From Gammaproteobacteria bacterium (GTDB lineage: Bacteria; Pseudomonadota; Gammaproteobacteria; Steroidobacterales; UBA11654), in NCBI GenBank assembly GCA_029242945.1, contig JAQWSZ010000035.1, positions 12,695-76,694 on the forward strand: a stretch of 64,000 nucleotides of DNA, written 5' to 3'. Under the pieces are notes generated by a model that saw nothing but the letters and a program-made list of their open reading frames with translations, was not told the DNA's origin and did no database searches. Within the stretch, counting starts at the first letter, position 1, and the number at the start of each line of letters is the position of its first letter. The position numbers and the translations under genes were made by a program. Below, piece by piece: positions 59,796-64,000 of the stretch.

Positions 59796-60764
59796 CTATT
59801 TTTTAAACTGATTGGCTAGCAAACAAAGAATTTCATACATCATAGTCGCGCCTACAAGAGCTGTGTTACCAGTCTGATCATAGGGTGGTGCAACCTCAAC
59901 TACATCTCCCCCAATAAAATTCAATCCGTTTAATCCTCTTAAAAATTGTTGCGCCTCCAAAGTAGTAATACCTCCAACTTCGGGAGTACCAGTGCCAGGT
60001 GCATAAACAGGATCCAATCCATCAACATCAAAAGATAAATATACAGGGCCATTACCAACAACCTTAATTGCTTCTTTAATGACTTCTTTTACACCAAGAT
60101 CAGAAAATTCCTCAATAAAAATGACTCGCATTCCTGTTGAGAGAGAGAAATCAATTCCATCTGTGAAGTTTTGTGCACCTCTAATGCCGATCTGTATCGT
60201 TCTTTTAGGGTCAAGTAAGCCAGATTCAACTGCCGATCTAAATGGTGAACCATGATGAAACTTTGAACCCCAGATTTCTCCCCAAGTATCAGTATGAGCA
60301 TCTATATGGATCATGCCTATTGGATCACCTTTAACTAAACCCTTAAATATAGGATAAGTTATAGAATGATCTCCTCCAGCAGATAAAGGAATAACTCCAG
60401 CATTCTGCAAACTACTATAGAATTCAACAATATCATCATGGACAGATTGATGATCAAATGGCTTAGTAAACGAAACATCGCCAACATCAGCAATGCTAGC
60501 AATGTCATAAGGATTGATCCTTGTAACATGATGTATGTTTCGCATTAGAGTTGATTGATTTCTTATTTCTCTAGGGCCATGCCTGGCTCCTGCTCTATTG
60601 GTTACACCACCATCATATGGAACACCAACCATAGCTATATCTAAATCATCTAAAGAATCAGCTAGTGGTGTCCTCATAAATGTAGGTATACCTGAGTAAC
60701 GTGGCTCTTGATTAGCAAAATACTCTTTACCAGTAACTGGGGATATATATTTTTTATGTTTCAT
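59796..60764 (-). CDS. ureohydrolase of the agmatinase/guanidino-acid hydrolase family
   Basis: Mn-binding blocks GGDHSITYP, IHIDAHTDTW, SFDVDGLDPVYAPGTGTPEVGG. Confidence 0.8.
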   Translation of the reverse strand: MKHKKYISPVTGKEYFANQEPRYSGIPTFMRTPLADSLDDLDIAMVGVPYDGGVTNRAGARHGPREIRNQSTLMRNIHHVTRINPYDIASIADVGDVSFTKPFDHQSVHDDIVEFYSSLQNAGVIPLSAGGDHSITYPIFKGLVKGDPIGMIHIDAHTDTWGEIWGSKFHHGSPFRSAVESGLLDPKRTIQIGIRGAQNFTDGIDFSLSTGMRVIFIEEFSDLGVKEVIKEAIKVVGNGPVYLSFDVDGLDPVYAPGTGTPEVGGITTLEAQQFLRGLNGLNFIGGDVVEVAPPYDQTGNTALVGATMMYEILCLLANQFKK

Positions 60765-60823
60765 ATATTTACATTCTATAAAGATTTAAATTAAGATCAA
60801 TTTTTAAAAGATATTTTGCAATT

Positions 60824-61042
60824 ATGAAATATAAAAAATTAGATCTTCATGGAATTAGACATGGTGATGTTGATCGGTTAGTGGAAAACTTTGTTTTAAT
60901 GAATCAAAGTAAAACTCCATTAGAAATTGTCTGCGGAAATAGTAAAAAGATGATCGATCTTGTAAATTCTGTTTTAAAGAGAATTAGTTGTGAAAGCTAT
61001 GAGATGGTTCAATATGGAGTTTTAGTAATAAGAAAAGTCTAA
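60824..61042 (+). CDS. minimal standalone Smr-domain protein
   Basis: 72 aa with LDLHG motif at the N-terminus. Confidence 0.55.
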   Translation: MKYKKLDLHGIRHGDVDRLVENFVLMNQSKTPLEIVCGNSKKMIDLVNSVLKRISCESYEMVQYGVLVIRKV

Positions 61043-61075
61043 TGAATTAAGTATTAGAGAAATAAATATTTTTAT

Positions 61076-61801
61076 TTAGCCTTTAGATGTAATCGATTTA
61101 AAAACTTTTTTACTATTGAGCTCTTTGCCTGCAAGATGATGTTCTATAGATAAGCGAAGAATACTCTTAGCAGCTCTTAATGTATCCGCATTAGAAAAAT
61201 CTAGATTTTTAATAGCTTTAATTTCTGAACCTTTAACAATATCTCTCTTATTATTAATATTACTTGCTAACCTAAAACCCTGCTCAGCATGAAAAATATA
61301 CTCAAGTTCTTCTTCAATATTTTTTGAACTCATAGCTTCCGTATCAAAATTGATGGCGTATCCTATTTCAGATAGCATAAATAATTCAAAGTTTCTTAAA
61401 GTTATCTCAATATTTTCTGCTTCAGAAAGGTTTGTAATGGCTCTAGAATATTCAATGAAAAGATCAGGATAAGGATCCGTTATTGTTAAAAAAGATAAAA
61501 TCAATTCATTCAGGTAAAAAGCAGACATTAAATGTTTGCCTTGTATCTTTTCAATATAAATACCAGTTACCTCTACCTCTCTAAGAGTCTTCAACTGGGA
61601 TTTTCCTGACCATGAAACTCGGATTGGTAGAAATGGTTGAAGAAAAGATTTAAATTTTGATTTTGGTCTTTTAGATCCTTTAGCAATTAAGTCAACCCTC
61701 CCATAACTTTGAGTAAAGAGGTTGATGATCTGACTGGTTTCTGAATAAGGTCTATGATGAAGCAAATATGCTGGTTCATGTTCAATGATTCGATTGGTCA
61801 T
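61076..61801 (-). CDS. recO: DNA repair protein RecO
   Basis: N-terminal OB-fold region (AYLLHHRPYSETSQII); position after era. Confidence 0.85.
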   Translation of the reverse strand: MTNRIIEHEPAYLLHHRPYSETSQIINLFTQSYGRVDLIAKGSKRPKSKFKSFLQPFLPIRVSWSGKSQLKTLREVEVTGIYIEKIQGKHLMSAFYLNELILSFLTITDPYPDLFIEYSRAITNLSEAENIEITLRNFELFMLSEIGYAINFDTEAMSSKNIEEELEYIFHAEQGFRLASNINNKRDIVKGSEIKAIKNLDFSNADTLRAAKSILRLSIEHHLAGKELNSKKVFKSITSKG

Positions 61802-61802
61802 T

Positions 61803-62672
61803 TTAATTAGAAATTATCATTTTTTCATTGACTCTAACTTGAGACGATAAAAAAACCTTCTTTTTTAACATGTTCTCAATCTCCAATCTTGTTTCAGTGC
61901 CAACTTTTTTCAAGATATGTCCTTTTTTACCAATAATAATCTTTCTATGAGCACTTTTTTTCACACAAATAGAGATTTCAATAAATACAGTTCCTTTCTT
62001 CTCATTAAGACTATCAACTTCACAAGTCAAGCTATAAGGCAGTTCTTCTCTTAAGCAACTCATGAGTTTTTCTCTCATGCTTTCAGCAATCCTAAAACTT
62101 ATGTCTTTATCTGTTTTAGCATTCGTATCAAATTCTGGTTCTTGAAAAGGCAAATACTTTTCAATAGAGACTAATAAGTTATTTATATTTTTTCCACGAA
62201 GTGCTGATAAAGGTATAATTTCTTCAAATGTAGATCTTTCATTAGTACTTGCAAGATAATCTAAGATCTTGGTTTTGTCTTTGAATCGATCGACTTTATT
62301 CACTGCCAATATCTTTTTCAATCCAGTTTGTTCTATATTTTCTAATAGGTATTGATCTGCCTTCTTCCATTGATTGACCTCAACAAGCATGACAACAAGA
62401 TCAGCCATGGACAAAGCAAGACTGGCTTCTTTATTAAGTTTTTTTAAATTAAGTTTTTTGGTGTTATCCGATAATAGACCCGGCGTATCAATCAAAACTA
62501 TTTGAGTATTATCATAATTAACTATACCTAAAACATTTATCTGGGTAGTTTGAGGTTTAGAGGTCACTATGGAAACTTTCTCACCAACAAGGTAATTGAC
62601 TAAAGTAGACTTACCAACATTTGGTCTACCTACAACAGCAACATAACCACTTTTGACTTTTGTTTTACTCAT
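61803..62672 (-). CDS. era: GTPase Era
   Basis: GRPNVGKSTL, DTPG, NKVD motifs and a KH C-terminal domain. Confidence 0.95.
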   Translation of the reverse strand: MSKTKVKSGYVAVVGRPNVGKSTLVNYLVGEKVSIVTSKPQTTQINVLGIVNYDNTQIVLIDTPGLLSDNTKKLNLKKLNKEASLALSMADLVVMLVEVNQWKKADQYLLENIEQTGLKKILAVNKVDRFKDKTKILDYLASTNERSTFEEIIPLSALRGKNINNLLVSIEKYLPFQEPEFDTNAKTDKDISFRIAESMREKLMSCLREELPYSLTCEVDSLNEKKGTVFIEISICVKKSAHRKIIIGKKGHILKKVGTETRLEIENMLKKKVFLSSQVRVNEKMIISN

Positions 62673-62673
62673 T

Positions 62674-63348
62674 CTATAGCAATCTTAATGCTTTCATTGC
62701 AGCTTTCTGTTCAGCTACTCTCAAGCTTTTAGCACTGGCTTTGGATGATATTTTTCCTTTCTCCACAATGCATTCAACATGAAATGTTTGATCGTGTTGC
62801 TCTCCTTCAGTGCTTAACAAATGATATTTAGGGAGTTCTTTTTTTAGTTTTTGCAGCTTCTCTTGTAATAGACTCTTATGATCTTTATTTTCAGACTCAG
62901 GATTCAATGATTCCAGTTTTGATGAAAATATACTCAGAACAGATGTCTTTAAAGAGGAATAACCGCCTTCAATGAAAATAGCACCAATAATTGCCTCCAA
63001 AGCATTAGAGAGGATCGATGCTCTATTGGTTCCGCCTGATACTATCTCTCCTTTGCCTAAAATTAAGTATTGATCTAGATGTATTTCTCTAGCTATTTCT
63101 GACAGACTTTCTTGGTTTACAAGATTGGCTCGCATCCGACTTAGATTGCCCTCTGATTCTTCTAAGTATTTCTCAAATAACACTTCACTGATAACAAGAT
63201 CCAATGCAGAATCTCCTAAAAACTCCAATCTTTCATTATTATTGTAAGAAAAACTTCGATGCGTTAATGCATTCTCAACTAAAGACTGATCGCTGAATGA
63301 GTAATCAAATGTCTTTTTAATCCATTCTTGTGTTTTTTTAGTTTTCAA
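62674..63348 (-). CDS. rnc: ribonuclease III
   Basis: ERLEFLGDS signature and C-terminal dsRBD. Confidence 0.95.
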   Translation of the reverse strand: MKTKKTQEWIKKTFDYSFSDQSLVENALTHRSFSYNNNERLEFLGDSALDLVISEVLFEKYLEESEGNLSRMRANLVNQESLSEIAREIHLDQYLILGKGEIVSGGTNRASILSNALEAIIGAIFIEGGYSSLKTSVLSIFSSKLESLNPESENKDHKSLLQEKLQKLKKELPKYHLLSTEGEQHDQTFHVECIVEKGKISSKASAKSLRVAEQKAAMKALRLL

Positions 63349-63362
63349 AATGTCAGCAATAC

Positions 63363-64000
63363 TTAATCGATTGATGTACCGATTCTATTCCATTCAGGAA
63401 GTGAACTAAAATCCCAATTGAACCAAATTGTAGTGGCTTTACCTACAATGTGATCCCTAGGTACGAAACCTGGGCAATCATAGCGACTGTCTTTACTATT
63501 ATCCCTGTTATCACCCATAAAGAAGTAATGGCCTTCAGGAACTTCAAAGACACCTTCTCTACCTCTTCTTGAGGGAGTTAATAAAGCCAAGTGTTTTTTA
63601 TTTTCAATATTCTCTTCATAGACATGTGCACCATATTGTTTAGTATTCTTATAAACATATTGGAATTTATTAATTAATGAATCTCCATTGATTGAAATTT
63701 GTTTATTTTTATACCTAATTTCATCACCTGGTAAACCAATTAAACGTTTAATGTATTTGATTGAAGTGTCACAAGGATAATCAAAAACAACAACATCACC
63801 TCTTTTGAGTTCATTAGTGCTCCAAAATGAACGATTAGTGACTGGCATTCTCAAGTCGTATGCGTATTTTTGAACCAAGATAAAATCACCTTTAACTAAG
63901 GTTGGCATCATTGAACCAGAAGGAATACGAAACGGCTCAAATATAAAAGACCTGAGTATAAAGACAATCAATAAAATGGGAAATAAAGCACCGGAAAGTT
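63363..64000 (-). CDS. lepB: signal peptidase I (5' end runs off the window)
   Basis: SGSMMPTL (catalytic Ser), YIKRLIGLPGD and GDNRDNSKDSR blocks. The frame is open to position 64000, so the N-terminal TM region lies outside the window. Confidence 0.9.
   Translation of the reverse strand, partial: LSGALFPILLIVFILRSFIFEPFRIPSGSMMPTLVKGDFILVQKYAYDLRMPVTNRSFWSTNELKRGDVVVFDYPCDTSIKYIKRLIGLPGDEIRYKNKQISINGDSLINKFQYVYKNTKQYGAHVYEENIENKKHLALLTPSRRGREGVFEVPEGHYFFMGDNRDNSKDSRYDCPGFVPRDHIVGKATTIWFNWDFSSLPEWNRIGTSID

Noticed and set aside
60765-60823. Guanidine-type riboswitch upstream of the ureohydrolase/DpaL-like pair
   Set aside because: The 59-nt gap is AT-rich, with no ACGR-loop hairpins or GC-rich helices. 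It is too short for ykkC-type aptamers.

Overview
AT-rich bacterial chromosome segment with about 65 protein genes, one tRNA, and no rRNA, CRISPR array or intact mobile element. Gene order is gammaproteobacterial. The E. coli-like blocks are trxB/ftsK-lolA-serS, rne/rluC-maf-yceD-rpmF-plsX-fabH, msbA-lpxK-kdsB, lolCED/mfd, and lepB-rnc-era-recO ... pdxJ-acpS. The first ~21 kb looks more accessory: desaturase, secreted nuclease, crcB, a beta-helix/diheme-cytochrome pair, tspO, sulfotransferase, MFS, a porin-glnK-amtB operon, and a PPIase-like/HupE/DUF3604 operon followed by a Tat flavoprotein. The best candidate for something new is at 53.2-61.1 kb. About 7.9 kb of nitrogen/amino-acid catabolism genes splits the normally contiguous recO-pdxJ junction. 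These genes are a Glu-type dehydrogenase, a P5C-dehydrogenase-like ALDH, ornithine aminotransferase, a pentein-fold hydrolase, a DpaL-like PLP lyase and an agmatinase-family ureohydrolase. The leader of the first gene contains a sequence that by eye matches the conserved core of the glutamine riboswitch (glnA RNA motif), followed by an anti-Shine-Dalgarno platform. Secondary observations: a decayed islet at tRNA-Ser (duplicated tRNA 5' half, integrase remnant, tspO); a 54-bp tandem repeat encoding a lysine-rich RNase E tail; an Lpp-like lipoprotein beside an L,D-transpeptidase; a signal-less YkuD enzyme beside nagZ. All calls come from reading the sequence and ORF translations. No searches were run, so family names are motif- and synteny-based.
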